From Phycisphaerales bacterium (GTDB lineage: Bacteria > Planctomycetota > Phycisphaerae > Phycisphaerales > UBA1924): DNA of 64,000 nucleotides. The notes below the pieces were generated by a model, which did not search any database, was not told where the DNA came from, and saw nothing but the letters and a program-made list of their open reading frames with translations. The translations under genes and the position numbers were made by a program. Below are positions 1 to 12,163 of this stretch, piece after piece; position 1 is the stretch's first letter, and each line of letters begins with the position of its first letter. The DNA lies in contig JABWBC010000001.1 of assembly GCA_013360695.1 (NCBI GenBank), positions 7,684-71,683 on the forward strand, given 5' to 3'.

Positions 1-966
1 GCCGTCCGGCGCGATGGAGCCGGGCGTCTTGTTGCTGGTCTGGAACACGATCGTCTTGAGCATGCGATCGGGCTTGACCTTCATGAACTTGCCGACCTCA
101 TCGATGCCGGGGAGGTTGGGCGTGTGGACCTCGGTCAGTTCGCCGGTGGGCGGCTCGGCGAAGGTGCCGCGCGGACGTTCGCCGATCTCGCATTTTTCGA
201 CGTTTGCGGCGTAGCCGGAAACGGGGCACTTGAGGATCGTGTCCTCGCCGCTGGCGCAGTTGATCATGAATTCGTGGGAGGCCGAGCCGCCGATGGGCCC
301 GGACTCGGCCTCGACGGCGGTGTAGTCCAGGCCGCAGCGCGAGAAGATGTTGCTGTAGGCGCGGTACATGGCGTCGTAGGCCTCGTTGAGGCCGCCGGGG
401 CCTTCCAGCTTGGTGTGGAAGGTGTACGCGTCCTTCATAATGAACTCGCGACAGCGGAGCAGGCCCGCGCGCGGGCGGGCCTCGTCGCGGAACTTGGTCT
501 GGATCTGGTAGAGCGACAGCGGGAGCTGCTTGTAGGAGTTGACCGAGCCCTTCACCATCTCGGTGATGGTCTCTTCGTGGGTGGGCCCGAGGGCGGCTGT
601 GTTGCCCTTGCGGTCGGTGACCTTGAAGAGCAGGTCGCCGTAGGCCTCGTGGCGCCGGGTCTCCTGGTAGAACTCCATCGGGACGATGACGGGCATGAAG
701 AGCTCGACCGATCCGGCGTTGTTCATCTCGTCGCGGACGATGCCGGAGATTTTCGTGAGGACGCGCCAGGCGAGGGGGAGGTAGTCGTAGACGCCGGCGG
801 AGACTTTGCGGATGAAACCGGCGCGAGAGAGAAGGACGTGCGACGGAGTTTCGGCGTCGGCGGGTGCTTCGCGCGTGGTCGGAATCAGCGTTCGAGACCA
901 GAGATGCGAGTCTCCAATTCGAGTATTCGAGATCGCCCGCTTCGTGGATGTTTGGCCTGCGTTCAT
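1..966 (-). CDS. proS: Prolyl-tRNA synthetase, N-terminal ~322 codons (gene runs off the left edge)
   Basis: Absent from the supplied track because the frame is open to position 1. My reverse-strand translation from ATG at 966-964 reads MNAGQTSTKRAISNTRIGDSHLWSRTLIPTTREAPADAETPSHVLLSRAGFIRKVSAGVYDYLPLAWRVLTKI...GPTHEETITEMV...QIQTKFRDEARPRAGLLRCREFIMKDAYTFH. This is the canonical bacterial ProRS N-terminus with class II motifs. The exact start codon is uncertain. Confidence 0.85.
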   Translation of the reverse strand, partial: MNAGQTSTKRAISNTRIGDSHLWSRTLIPTTREAPADAETPSHVLLSRAGFIRKVSAGVYDYLPLAWRVLTKISGIVRDEMNNAGSVELFMPVIVPMEFYQETRRHEAYGDLLFKVTDRKGNTAALGPTHEETITEMVKGSVNSYKQLPLSLYQIQTKFRDEARPRAGLLRCREFIMKDAYTFHTKLEGPGGLNEAYDAMYRAYSNIFSRCGLDYTAVEAESGPIGGSASHEFMINCASGEDTILKCPVSGYAANVEKCEIGERPRGTFAEPPTGELTEVHTPNLPGIDEVGKFMKVKPDRMLKTIVFQTSNKTPGSIAPDG

Positions 967-1081
967 GGGACCGAACGGTAGGCCGCCGGATTTCCGCAAA
1001 GAGGCATGGCGAGGCTGCGAGCAGAAGCGCCGGTACGATGTCGGCCCGCGCCGGGTGGCGCGGCGTCAAAGGAGTCGAATC

Positions 1082-2017
1082 ATGGTTGATCGTGTACGTT
1101 TCACGTTGTTGCTGCGCGCTCTGGGCGGCGCTGCGGCGTTGGGCCTGCCGGGCGTATCGCTGGCGGGCGAGTTGTCCACTTTTGCGCTCAAGTCCGGCGA
1201 GCGCGTCAACGGGCGCGTTGTCGACATGGACTCCGAAGGAATGACCGTGATGAGCCCGCTCCTGGGCGCGGTGCGCGTCGCGCGGGCCGACTTGGCTGAG
1301 ATTCCAGCGCAGCCGGCTGGTGATCCGGCGGCCGCACCGAGCGTCCCAGTCGACCCTGCAAGTTTCTGGAAGGGATGGAAGTGGAATGCGGAGTTTGGCC
1401 TGAACGGGTCCGACGGCAACAGCGAGACTCTCAACTTCCGCGCGGGCCTCAACGGCAAGCGCGAATCGTCGAAGTACGACACGACGGTCGGCTTCACTTA
1501 CGCCTTCGGCTCTGAAAGCGGCGAGAAGGCAAAGGACCGCTTCGAGGCCAACATCCGCAATGACTGGAAGCTGAACGCGCCGTGGCGGCTCTTTGCCCAG
1601 GGCAAGGTGGAGTACGACTATTTCCAGAATTGGGACTGGCGCTGGTCGGCCTACGGCGGTGTCGGATACGAGTTCATCAAGAACGACAAAACGCTGCTCC
1701 TCGGGCGGGTCGGCGCCGGCGCCAGCCAGGAGATCGGCGGGAGCGAGAACAAGATCGTGCCCGAAGGGCTGCTGGGGCTGGACTACGCCCACAAGCTCAA
1801 CGAACGGAACGACATCTTCGCGAACTTCGATCTCTACCCGGCCCTGGATGATTTCGGACCCTACCGCTTTCTGGCCAAGGCGGGGTGGCAGATCGTGGTG
1901 GATGAAAAGAGCAATATGAGCCTAAAGCTCGGCGTGGAAGATCGTTACGACAGCACGCCCGAAGGTCGGAAGCGCAACGATGTTGACTATTTCGTAATGC
2001 TGGTATTCTCTTTCTAG
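1082..2017 (+). CDS. DUF481/YdiY-like outer-membrane beta-barrel protein
   Basis: Trimmed from ORF 806..2017 to ATG 1082 (MVDRVRFTLLLRALGGAAALGLPGVSLAGE signal peptide). WKWNAEFGLNGSDGNSETLNFRAGLNGKRE...YDYFQNWDWRWSAYGGVGYEF matches the DUF481 repeat pattern. It has a C-terminal aromatic residue (VMLVFSF). Confidence 0.65.
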   Translation: MVDRVRFTLLLRALGGAAALGLPGVSLAGELSTFALKSGERVNGRVVDMDSEGMTVMSPLLGAVRVARADLAEIPAQPAGDPAAAPSVPVDPASFWKGWKWNAEFGLNGSDGNSETLNFRAGLNGKRESSKYDTTVGFTYAFGSESGEKAKDRFEANIRNDWKLNAPWRLFAQGKVEYDYFQNWDWRWSAYGGVGYEFIKNDKTLLLGRVGAGASQEIGGSENKIVPEGLLGLDYAHKLNERNDIFANFDLYPALDDFGPYRFLAKAGWQIVVDEKSNMSLKLGVEDRYDSTPEGRKRNDVDYFVMLVFSF

Positions 2018-2087
2018 CTCACCGGGGTTTTCCCGGATGCCGTTCTGGCGTCCTTCCCCGTTTCTCTTGAGCGCAAGGAGTGAATTC

Positions 2088-2510
2088 ATGGGTCTTTTCA
2101 AGGAGTTTCGCGACTTTGCCATGAAAGGCAACGTCGTCGACATGGCGGTCGGCGTGATCATCGGCGGGGCGTTTGGCAAGATCGTGTCCACGCTGGTCGA
2201 CAAGGTCATGATGCCGCCGATCGGGTACCTGACGGGCGGCGTCGACTTCAAGGACAAGACGTTCAAGCTGCTGGAGAAGGGCACGGCGGGAGCGGTCAAC
2301 GACGTCGTGATCGGCTACGGCGAGTTCATCAACACCATCATCCAGTTCATCATTGTCGCCTTCTGCCTTTTCATGGTCATCAAGGCCATGAACACCGCCA
2401 AGACCCGGTTCGAGAAGCAGAAGGAAGCGGCTCCCCCGCCGCCGCCTGCCGCCCCGGCGCCTTCGGAGCTCTACCTCAAGGAAATCCGCGACCTGCTCGC
2501 GAAGCGTTGA
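2088..2510 (+). CDS. mscL: Large-conductance mechanosensitive channel MscL
   Basis: Trimmed to ATG 2088, preceded by AAGGAG at 2075-2080. MGLFKEFRDFAMKGNVVDMAVGVIIGGAFGKIVSTLV is the MscL signature. Two TM helices are followed by a Pro-rich C-terminal tail. Confidence 0.9.
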   Translation: MGLFKEFRDFAMKGNVVDMAVGVIIGGAFGKIVSTLVDKVMMPPIGYLTGGVDFKDKTFKLLEKGTAGAVNDVVIGYGEFINTIIQFIIVAFCLFMVIKAMNTAKTRFEKQKEAAPPPPPAAPAPSELYLKEIRDLLAKR

Positions 2511-2546
2511 GCATCCGAAAATCGGCACGCTGCTTTGCAACATCAA

Positions 2547-2570
2547 GCCCCGCGAGCGCGGGGCTTTTTC
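2547..2570 (+). terminator. Rho-independent terminator after mscL
   Basis: GCCCCGC-GAGC-GCGGGGC hairpin followed by TTTTTC, 37 nt after the mscL stop. Confidence 0.7.
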
Positions 2571-2720
2571 GTGCGCGATGGTGGCAATGGGCAGGAGGCA
2601 ACGGGCAATGGCGGGGCGCGAAGCCCACCCTTGACGCACCGGTGAATATCATGGAAACATCCAGGCGCACCAGACCACTTCGAGTGAAGTGGCGCTAAGT
2701 GGCGGATGCCCAGTCGTGAA

Positions 2721-3359
2721 CTACTTCGTCCTGAGAAAGTACGCGACAAAGAAGTGCTCGTCGGCCTGGATTTTCATGGGCACCCACGACGTGCTGGTCT
2801 CGCTGAAGTCGACGTGACGCCGACGGCGGCGGGCATCGCTCCCCCACCACGATTCCGACCCCGAGGAATAGGTCGTCACGGGCTCCTGGACGATCTTCTC
2901 GGTCTTCCCGAGGTATGAGCGCGAGTAGACAACGAGGTTCGCGCCCTTCTGTCGGGCGAGCGCGGCGAGCTGGCCGTCTTCGGGCTCGACGGTGTCCGTG
3001 GTCTTGAAGGCCGAGCGCCCGATGATGTCGACGCCGCCGGCATCACGCGTCACCTGAAGCGCGTCGAGCAGCGTGGCCTGACGCTTCGAACGCAGGTCGG
3101 CGGGCCATTCCTCTGGCGGCGCATCGGACTTGGCGGCCTCGGCATCCAGGTCTCTGAGCACCGGTTCGAGCCTCTCCCACGAGACGGCGCGGATTCGCAC
3201 GTCGGCTGTGGGCGAGAGCGGCTCGGTGGAGAGCGCGGTATAGGTTGCCTGCCAGGGTGAGGTCGTGCAGGCGGTGAGCAACGACGAGGCGACGACCGAA
3301 CCGAGCAGGGCGGAGCCGAGCACGATCGCACGCCCGAGTGACCGAAGTGGCATTGCCAT
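2721..3359 (-). CDS. Lipoprotein, unknown function
   Basis: Trimmed from ORF 2721..4082 to ATG 3359. MAMPLRSLGRAIVLGSALLGSVVASSLLTAC carries a lipobox (LLTAC). Its start lies 8 nt downstream of the oxidoreductase stop, so it is probably in the same operon. Confidence 0.6.
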   Translation of the reverse strand: MAMPLRSLGRAIVLGSALLGSVVASSLLTACTTSPWQATYTALSTEPLSPTADVRIRAVSWERLEPVLRDLDAEAAKSDAPPEEWPADLRSKRQATLLDALQVTRDAGGVDIIGRSAFKTTDTVEPEDGQLAALARQKGANLVVYSRSYLGKTEKIVQEPVTTYSSGSESWWGSDARRRRRHVDFSETSTSWVPMKIQADEHFFVAYFLRTK

Positions 3360-3366
3360 GCTCAAT

Positions 3367-4557
3367 TCAAAGCGGGAAGGAGGCCGGGGTCCACTTGCGA
3401 TCGGCACGGGAGCTTTCGACGACGCGTTCGATGAAATGCACGCCGCGGGCGCCATCGAAGACATCCGGGTAGTCATAGGCGCCTTGCAGCCCGACGCCGC
3501 CGGTGCCGGATTTTCCGAGGTGCCGGGCTTCGATCGCGTCGTAGGCGCTTCGGTAGACATTGGCGAAGGCTTCGAAGAAGGCTTCGGGGTGCCCGGGGGG
3601 AAGGCGCGTGGCGCGCTTGGCGGCATCGCAGAGGTATCCGTTGCCGCGACGGAGGAATTGCTCGGGCGCGCCGTCGGGTCGGTGCATGAGGACGTTGGGG
3701 TCTTCCTGGCGCCACTCGAGCGTGCCCTTGGAGCCGAAGACGCGGATGCGCAGGTCGTTTTCGTGGCCGATCTCGATCTGCGAGGCGATGAGCACGCCGC
3801 GGGCCTCGACGGCGTTGCGGGGTTTGAAGCGGAGGAGCACGTTGGCGTCGTCGTCGAGGCGCCGCTCCGGGACGAAGGTCGTGAGATCGGCGCAGATGGA
3901 ATCGAGCGAGAGGCCGGTGATGTAGGAGACGAGCTGCTCGGCGTGGCTTCCGATATCGCCGATCGCGCCGCCCAGGCCCGATCGGGCGGGGTCGGTGCGC
4001 CAGTCGGCCTGTTTCTGCCCGCTCTTCTCCAGCGCCGAGGCGAGCCAGCCCTGGTTGTATTCGACGATGACCTTGCGAACATCTCCGATCGCGCCGGAGG
4101 AGACCATCTCTCGGGCGTGCTTCACCATCGGGTAGCCGGAGTAGTTGTAGGTGACCGCGAAGACCACGCCGGTCTTCTTGACGATCTGAACCAGCTCGCG
4201 TGCCTGCTCGGAGGTGTGGACCAGCGGCTTGTCGCAGATCACGTTGATGCCGGCGGAGGCGAACGCCTTGGCCACGGGGTAATGGGCATGGTTGGGCGTG
4301 ACGATGCACACGAAATCGATCCGCTCGTCCTCGCCAAGGAGCAGCTCGCCCTCGAGCATGTCCTCCCAGCGTTCATAGTTCCTCCGATCGTCGAGGCCGA
4401 GGTCGCGCCCCGAGGCCTTGGACTTTTCCGGCGTGGAGGACAGGGCGCCCGCGACCAATCGGGCGCGGTGGTCCAGGCAGGCGGCGGTCCGATGCACCGC
4501 GCCGATGAACGCGTCCCGACCGCCGCCAACCATGCCCATGCGAAGAACTTTGCTCAC
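3367..4557 (-). CDS. Gfo/Idh/MocA family NAD(P)-dependent oxidoreductase
   Basis: Trimmed to GTG 4557 ([23 protein letters not shown], a Rossmann GxGxxG-type N-terminus). Contains [27 protein letters not shown], a motif typical of the family. Confidence 0.85.
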   Translation of the reverse strand: MSKVLRMGMVGGGRDAFIGAVHRTAACLDHRARLVAGALSSTPEKSKASGRDLGLDDRRNYERWEDMLEGELLLGEDERIDFVCIVTPNHAHYPVAKAFASAGINVICDKPLVHTSEQARELVQIVKKTGVVFAVTYNYSGYPMVKHAREMVSSGAIGDVRKVIVEYNQGWLASALEKSGQKQADWRTDPARSGLGGAIGDIGSHAEQLVSYITGLSLDSICADLTTFVPERRLDDDANVLLRFKPRNAVEARGVLIASQIEIGHENDLRIRVFGSKGTLEWRQEDPNVLMHRPDGAPEQFLRRGNGYLCDAAKRATRLPPGHPEAFFEAFANVYRSAYDAIEARHLGKSGTGGVGLQGAYDYPDVFDGARGVHFIERVVESSRADRKWTPASFPL

Positions 4558-4658
4558 GGCCAATCTCCGGCAGACTGCGAACTTCCCTTCCGTTCGGCTC
4601 GGCGCACGCGCCGGGCGAAACGACCCCAAGGCTCACCGGCACCCGTCCGCACGAGCCG

Positions 4659-5672
4659 CTACTTCTTAGCCTTCTCTTCCTTGTCGAACGCGGCGTCGAA
4701 GGCGACGCCGGAGGGCGTGAAATCCACGCCGCGAACATACTCGCAGCTTTCTCTCGCGCCATGCTCGCGATCCATCCCCGCGTCTTCCCATTCGACGCTG
4801 AGCGGGCCCTGGTAGTTGGCGCGATTGAGGGCGCGGATGATCGCGTCGAAATCGACGTGCCCACGGCCGACGGAGCGGAAGTCCCAACCGCGCCGGTGAT
4901 CGCCGAAAGGAAGGTGCGAGCCGAGGATGCTCGCCGTGCCGTTCATGTTGGTGGCGACGTCCTTCATGTGGACGTGCCAGATGCGATCCTTGAAGGTGTC
5001 GACGAAGATCGCGGGGTCGACGCCCTGCCACAGGAGGTGACTCGGGTCGAAGTTGAAGCCGAAGGCCGGGTGCCCGTTGACCGCTTCGATGGCGCGCTGG
5101 GCGGTGTAGATGTCATACGCGATCTCGCCCGGGTGGACCTCCAGACCGAACTTCACGCCGACGGCGGCGAACTCGTCGAGGATGGGCGTCCAGCGCTTGC
5201 CGAAGTCCTTGAAGCCGTCGTCGATCTCCTTGGGCGAGGTGGGCGGGAAGAAATAGAGCTTGTGCCACACGCTGCTCCCCGTGAAGCCGTTGACGACTTT
5301 CACGCCGAACTTGGCCGCGGCCTTGGCGGTCGTGATCATCTCGGCGGCGGCGCGCTTGCGCACGCCCTCCTTGTTACCGTCGCCCCAGACTCGCTCGGGG
5401 AGGATTGACTTGTGGCGCGCGTCGATCGGATCGCAGACGGCCTGTCCCACGAGGTGGCTGGAGATCGCGTAGCACTGCAGGCCCTGGGCTTGCAGGATTT
5501 CCCAGCGGCTCTGGCAGTGGCGTTTGTCGCGCATCGCCTTGACCGGGTCGAAGTGATCGCCCCAGCAGGCGAGCTCGAGCCCGTCATAGCCGAACGACTT
5601 GGCCTTTTCGGCCATGACTTCGAGGGGAAGGTCGGCCCACTGGCCCGTGAACAACGTGACGGCTCTTGGCAT
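4659..5672 (-). CDS. Sugar phosphate isomerase/epimerase (xylose-isomerase-like TIM barrel)
   Basis: 337 aa. [16 protein letters not shown]...[11 protein letters not shown]...WHVHMKD...LSVEWED is the AP-endonuclease 2/xylose-isomerase-like metal-ligand pattern. It lies directly upstream of the Gfo/Idh/MocA gene on the same strand. Confidence 0.8.
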   Translation of the reverse strand: MPRAVTLFTGQWADLPLEVMAEKAKSFGYDGLELACWGDHFDPVKAMRDKRHCQSRWEILQAQGLQCYAISSHLVGQAVCDPIDARHKSILPERVWGDGNKEGVRKRAAAEMITTAKAAAKFGVKVVNGFTGSSVWHKLYFFPPTSPKEIDDGFKDFGKRWTPILDEFAAVGVKFGLEVHPGEIAYDIYTAQRAIEAVNGHPAFGFNFDPSHLLWQGVDPAIFVDTFKDRIWHVHMKDVATNMNGTASILGSHLPFGDHRRGWDFRSVGRGHVDFDAIIRALNRANYQGPLSVEWEDAGMDREHGARESCEYVRGVDFTPSGVAFDAAFDKEEKAKK

Positions 5673-5744
5673 GGTTGGCTCCTTGCTGGGGACGCCGACA
5701 GTCTAGTGCCGCGCACGCTTCTCCGCCCGCGATACAGTGGGTGC

Positions 5745-6659
5745 ATGATCCCGCACACCACGCCGGGCGTGTGGCCCGCTGACATCCCTGCGGCACGCTT
5801 CGCCTCGCTCGTCCGATGCGACCGCCCCGAGGGCTGCCGCGTCGGGTTGCTCGGCCTCCCGCAGGACATCGGCGTGCGATTGAACAATGGTCGCCCCGGC
5901 GCCGCGGAAGGCCCGCGTGAATTTCGACGGGCACTGGCGCGCCTTGGGGTGGCTCGCCCGGACGGGCACGAATGGCCGCGCGTGTTTGACGCCGGAGACG
6001 TCGTTCCGGCGGCGTTTGACGGGCCGGCGTCGCTCGACAACAGCGACGCCATCGCGGCCTTGCACGAGACGCACCGACGCATCAGCGAGGCCTCGCTCGC
6101 CATCGCCGACGCGGGCTTGCTCCCGATCGCGGTGGGCGGCGGGCACGATTGCACGTTTGCCTTTGTGCAGGGCGTGCATCGGCAGATCCGTTCGCCGATG
6201 GCGGGGCTGTACTTTGATCCGCACCTCGACGTGCGTGAGACGCCCGGGAGCGGCATGGGATTCCGACGCTTGATTGAAGTCGGTGCCGCCGATTTGCTCT
6301 CGATCGTGGGATTCGACGCAATCGTGAACTCGCACGAGCACGTCTCGTGGTTCCGCGAGCAGGGCGGGCAGATGCTCGATCCCGCGGGGCCGCTGCAGTT
6401 GCCCCAGGGAAGGCCGCTGTTCGTGAGCGTGGATATGGACTCTATCGACGCGTCGAGCGCCCCGGGCGTGAGCGCGATGAACCCGTGCGGGCTGTCCCCC
6501 TCGCAACTGGTCCCGTGGGTCGAGGCCGCGGCGGCGCATCCGCGGCTGGCGTGCTTCGACATCATGGAGCTGAGCCCTCCTCACGATCCCGACGGGCGCA
6601 CGGCTCGCCTTGCGGCATATCTGTTCCTGACATTCCTGCGGGCCTTGCCGCCCGCGTGA
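5745..6659 (+). CDS. hutG: Arginase-family hydrolase, probable formimidoylglutamase
   Basis: Trimmed from ORF 5412..6659 to ATG 5745. Ureohydrolase Mn-ligand motifs are present: GGGHDCTF, YFDPHLDV, SVDMDSIDAS. The hutG assignment, rather than agmatinase, rests on adjacency to hutI. Confidence 0.65.
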   Translation: MIPHTTPGVWPADIPAARFASLVRCDRPEGCRVGLLGLPQDIGVRLNNGRPGAAEGPREFRRALARLGVARPDGHEWPRVFDAGDVVPAAFDGPASLDNSDAIAALHETHRRISEASLAIADAGLLPIAVGGGHDCTFAFVQGVHRQIRSPMAGLYFDPHLDVRETPGSGMGFRRLIEVGAADLLSIVGFDAIVNSHEHVSWFREQGGQMLDPAGPLQLPQGRPLFVSVDMDSIDASSAPGVSAMNPCGLSPSQLVPWVEAAAAHPRLACFDIMELSPPHDPDGRTARLAAYLFLTFLRALPPA

Positions 6660-6671
6660 GCATTGCGCTCC

Positions 6672-7898
6672 ATGCTGACCCTGATCCACAACGCGCGTGT
6701 GCTGACCCTGGCGGGCGATCGGCCCCGGCGCGGCGCGTCCATGCGCGATCTCGGGGTGATCGACCGCGCGGACGTGCTCATCGTGGACGACAGGATTTCG
6801 CTGGTCGCACCGAGTAATCCGGGCATTCAGTTCGTACGTCCGCCGGACGTGTCCATCGACGCCAAAGGCCGCGTGCTCATGCCGGCGCTCGTCGATTGCC
6901 ACACCCACGCGTGCTGGGCGGGCTCGCGGATCGACGAGTGGGAACGAAAACTCGCGGGCGCGACGTACCTCGAGATCCTGCAGGCCGGCGGAGGGATCAT
7001 GTCGACCGTGCGTGCAACGCGGGCGGCGACGGAAGATCAGCTGGTATCATCGCTCTCGGCACGCCTTGCCCGCATGCTCGCGTTCGGCACGACCACCATC
7101 GAGGTGAAATCCGGGTACGGCCTGTCGGCCGAGCACGAGCGGAAGATGCTCCGCGCCATCGGTCGCGCGGAGGGCGGCTTTCCGGGCACCGTCGTCCCCA
7201 CCGCGCTCATCGCCCACGCGATCGACAACGACCGGCCGGGCTTCATCGAGGCGACGATCCATGGCACGCTCGACGCGGTTCACGCCGAGTTTCCGGGGAT
7301 CGCTGTCGACGCGTATTGCGAAAAGGGCGCGTGGAGCCTCGCCGACTGCGCTCGCCTGTTTGAGCGTGCTCGTTCGCTCGGGCATCCGATCCGTGTCCAC
7401 ACGAACCAGTTCAACAGCCTCGGCATGGTCGAGCACGCGGCCGCGATCGGCGCGGTCAGTTGCGACCACCTTGAAGCCATGACCGACGCGGAGATCCGCG
7501 CGATCGGCGCGTCGCTCTCGATCGGCGTCGTGCTGCCCGCGGCGTGCCTGCACCTGGGCTCGCCATACGCAAGCGCCCGCCGGATGATCGACGCCGGCGC
7601 GGCGATCGCGCTGGCGACCAACTGCAACCCGGGCTCGGCCCCGACCGAATCCATGCCCTTGGCGATGGCGATGGGCGTCCGCGGCTGCGGGATGACGCCG
7701 GCGGAATCGATCGTCGCGGCGACGTTGAACCCGGCGTGCGTGCTGGGCCTTGGCGATCGGGGACAGGTCGCACCCGGGCAGCGGGCGGACCTCGTGCTCC
7801 TGGCGGATACCGACGAGCGGGCGATCGTCTATGAGCTTGGCGGGCCTCCGATCTCGCACGTTTTCGTGGGCGGGAAGCTCGTGCGCCCGCTGACCTGA
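6672..7898 (+). CDS. hutI: Imidazolonepropionase
   Basis: MLTLIHNARVLTL...PALVDCHTHACWAGSR...GGGI..TV is typical HutI (amidohydrolase HxH). ATG 6672 is chosen; an in-frame TTG at 6663 is the alternative. Confidence 0.85.
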   Translation: MLTLIHNARVLTLAGDRPRRGASMRDLGVIDRADVLIVDDRISLVAPSNPGIQFVRPPDVSIDAKGRVLMPALVDCHTHACWAGSRIDEWERKLAGATYLEILQAGGGIMSTVRATRAATEDQLVSSLSARLARMLAFGTTTIEVKSGYGLSAEHERKMLRAIGRAEGGFPGTVVPTALIAHAIDNDRPGFIEATIHGTLDAVHAEFPGIAVDAYCEKGAWSLADCARLFERARSLGHPIRVHTNQFNSLGMVEHAAAIGAVSCDHLEAMTDAEIRAIGASLSIGVVLPAACLHLGSPYASARRMIDAGAAIALATNCNPGSAPTESMPLAMAMGVRGCGMTPAESIVAATLNPACVLGLGDRGQVAPGQRADLVLLADTDERAIVYELGGPPISHVFVGGKLVRPLT

Positions 7899-7927
7899 GG
7901 CGGACGGGCACCTACGATGACGAACCA

Positions 7928-8761
7928 ATGGCTTCTCCGTCACTTCATGTCCCGAGAGTTTCCGCCATCGAGGCCGAGGGAGCTCTCGCCGCCGCCCGAA
8001 AGGTGGTCGAGACGCACCACAAGCTGGCGGCGTGGCTGCGCCCGGGTGTGACGTTGGCTCAGATCGACCAGCAGGTCGCCAAGGTTCTTGACGACCTGCG
8101 TTGCGCGTCGTGTTTTCTTCACTACAAGGGCGCGAAGCGCGTGCCCTTTCCGTCGTACGCCTGCCTCTCGCTCAACGAGTGCGTCGTCCACGGGACGGCC
8201 GGGTACTACCCGCACCCCGTGAAGGATGGCGATGTCCTGAAGATCGACATCGGCGTGCGCTACCGCGGCTGGATCGGCGATGCGGCCTGGACCTATGTCT
8301 TCGGACAACCCTCGCCGCTCGTGAAAAAACTCACGGACTGCGGCAAAGAGTCGCTGTCCAGGGGCCTGCAGGAGCTTCGCCCCGGCAATACGTTTCTCGC
8401 GTGGGCGAAAGCCGTTCAGGACATCGTGGAGACGAAATACGGCTTCCACCTGGTCCGCGGACTGGGCGGGCATGGCTACGGGCGCGAGTTGCACGATCGT
8501 CCCTTTGTTTCCAATGTCGTCCCGACCTATCCGGGCGAGTGGCCCGAGGCCTTTGAGCCTTGCCGACCCGGCACGCTGGTGGCGGTCGAGCCCATGATCG
8601 CGGTCGGCACCGGCCAGACGCTGGAGCGCCCGAAGGAATGGCCGGTCTATTCCAAGGACGGCTCGCTCACGGTGCATTACGAGCACGACGTCTACATCAC
8701 CGAAAACGGGCCGAAAGTCCTGACCGAAGGGCTGGAGCAGGTCCGCGATGTGATCATTTGA
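7928..8761 (+). CDS. map: Type I methionine aminopeptidase
   Basis: The metal-ligand pattern is intact: DVLKIDIGVRYRGWIGDAAWT, VRGLGGHGYG, VAVEPMI, HYEHDVYIT. Confidence 0.9.
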   Translation: MASPSLHVPRVSAIEAEGALAAARKVVETHHKLAAWLRPGVTLAQIDQQVAKVLDDLRCASCFLHYKGAKRVPFPSYACLSLNECVVHGTAGYYPHPVKDGDVLKIDIGVRYRGWIGDAAWTYVFGQPSPLVKKLTDCGKESLSRGLQELRPGNTFLAWAKAVQDIVETKYGFHLVRGLGGHGYGRELHDRPFVSNVVPTYPGEWPEAFEPCRPGTLVAVEPMIAVGTGQTLERPKEWPVYSKDGSLTVHYEHDVYITENGPKVLTEGLEQVRDVII

Positions 8762-8875
8762 CCGGGCCGGCTCTATCGGCACGCGCCCCGCAGCCCGCCG
8801 ACCCAAGCGATCCCGATCGCGGTTCGCCACGAGTTCCATTGGACTCTTCAGTAACAGCGCGCAATACTCAAGCCC

Positions 8876-9724
8876 GTGAACCGCGTTGAGCAGATCTTCA
8901 CGACGCTCAGGCAGGAGCGGAAACGGGCCCTGATGCCGTTTATCTGCGGCGGACACCCGCACCTGGGTGCCACCGCTCAGATTCTGCCCGCGTTGCAGGC
9001 CGCCGGGGCCAGCATTGTTGAGGTTGGGATTCCGTTCTCGGACCCGATCGCCGACGGGCCGGTCATCGCCGCGGCCATGCACGTCGCGCTGCAGCGGGGC
9101 TCGACGCCCCAGTCGGTCCTTGACGAAGTCCGCTCGGTCCGCGACCGGCTCTCGATCGGCTTGGTGGCGATGGTGAGTGTGTCGATCGTGCACCGCATGG
9201 GCGGGCCAGCGGAGTTTGTGGCCAAGGCCGCCGACGCGGGGTTCGACGGGTTCATTTTCCCCGATGCGCCGCTTGAGGAGTCGGGCGTGCTGCTGTCGAC
9301 CTGCCGCGAGCGCGGGGTCGCGGCCAGCCTTCTGATCTCGCCTTCGACGCCTTTCTCGCGGGCCAAGGAGATCGTGGCCGCCTCGTCCGGGTTCGTGTAT
9401 CTCTTGGCGCGAGCTGGGATTACAGGCGAACGCGCGGAAGCTCCGGAAATCGCGGGGCGCGTCAACAAGCTGCGGGAGGTGACCGAACTGCCGATCGCGG
9501 TCGGGTTTGGCATCTCGAACGCGGCGCACGTGCAGTCGGTGACGGAGTCCGCGGACGCAGCGATCGTGGGGAGCGCGCTGGTCCGCCGCATGAGCGAGGC
9601 GGACGCGGCGGGCCGCGATCCGGTCGCGGAGGCTTCGAGCTTCGTTGGCGAGCTGTTCCAGGGTCTGCAAGCACGACAAACATCGGCCGGTCAGCCCGCC
9701 GAGTCGGGTGCATCGTCACCCTGA
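8876..9724 (+). CDS. trpA: Tryptophan synthase alpha chain
   Basis: GTG start. VEVGIPFSDPIADGPVIAAA is the TrpA hallmark, and GFGISNAAHV lies near the C-terminus. No trpB is adjacent. Confidence 0.9.
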   Translation: MNRVEQIFTTLRQERKRALMPFICGGHPHLGATAQILPALQAAGASIVEVGIPFSDPIADGPVIAAAMHVALQRGSTPQSVLDEVRSVRDRLSIGLVAMVSVSIVHRMGGPAEFVAKAADAGFDGFIFPDAPLEESGVLLSTCRERGVAASLLISPSTPFSRAKEIVAASSGFVYLLARAGITGERAEAPEIAGRVNKLREVTELPIAVGFGISNAAHVQSVTESADAAIVGSALVRRMSEADAAGRDPVAEASSFVGELFQGLQARQTSAGQPAESGASSP

Positions 9725-9897
9725 CCCGAGCGATCGCTGTATGGCGACCGGCCTTTTCGGCAATCCCGCCCTGTGTGTTGGGCTATTCCTGAACATCTCT
9801 CCCGCCCGCGGCATGGTCTTTTGGCGCCGCGAGCAATCCCCGGTTTTTTCCGCGTGCCGAGGATCGGCGTGCGAATCATCCAGACGGAGTCTGATCC

Positions 9898-12075
<2,178 letters not shown>

Positions 12076-12116
12076 GCGCCGCGGACCTCCCGCGGCACTT
12101 GGCCCCACGTTCACCG

Positions 12117-12144
12117 ACGCCCCGCGCCTTCGCGGGGCGTTTTC
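12117..12144 (+). terminator. Rho-independent terminator after glnN
   Basis: ACGCCCCGCG-CCTT-CGCGGGGCGT hairpin followed by TTTC, about 40 nt after the stop. Confidence 0.7.
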
Positions 12145-12163
12145 ACATGGATCGGGCGCGGGA

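Noticed and set aside
806-1081. Long N-terminal extensions of listed ORFs. Examples are 806..1081, 5412..5744, 15844..15954, 22442..23305, 26072..26734, 44401..44676, 45311..46102 and 58019..58498.
   Set aside because: The extensions overlap neighbouring genes or their antisense and have junk composition. Each is followed by an internal start with an RBS and/or signal peptide that matches the family's normal N-terminus.
98-1792. 564-aa minus-strand ORF, with the 285-aa plus-strand ORF 124..981, at the left edge.
   Set aside because: Both are Arg/Pro/Gly/Ala-rich shadow frames. A third frame on the minus strand (1..966) translates to an unmistakable ProRS N-terminus, and 1082..2017 on the plus strand is the DUF481 gene.
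9822-9836. TGGCGC-N-GCA upstream of glnN, considered as a sigma-54 (-24/-12) promoter.
   Set aside because: The GG-to-GC spacing is about two nt short of the canonical TGGCAC-N5-TTGCA, and the -12 element lacks TT. I also found no glutamine-riboswitch-like core in the 173-nt leader.
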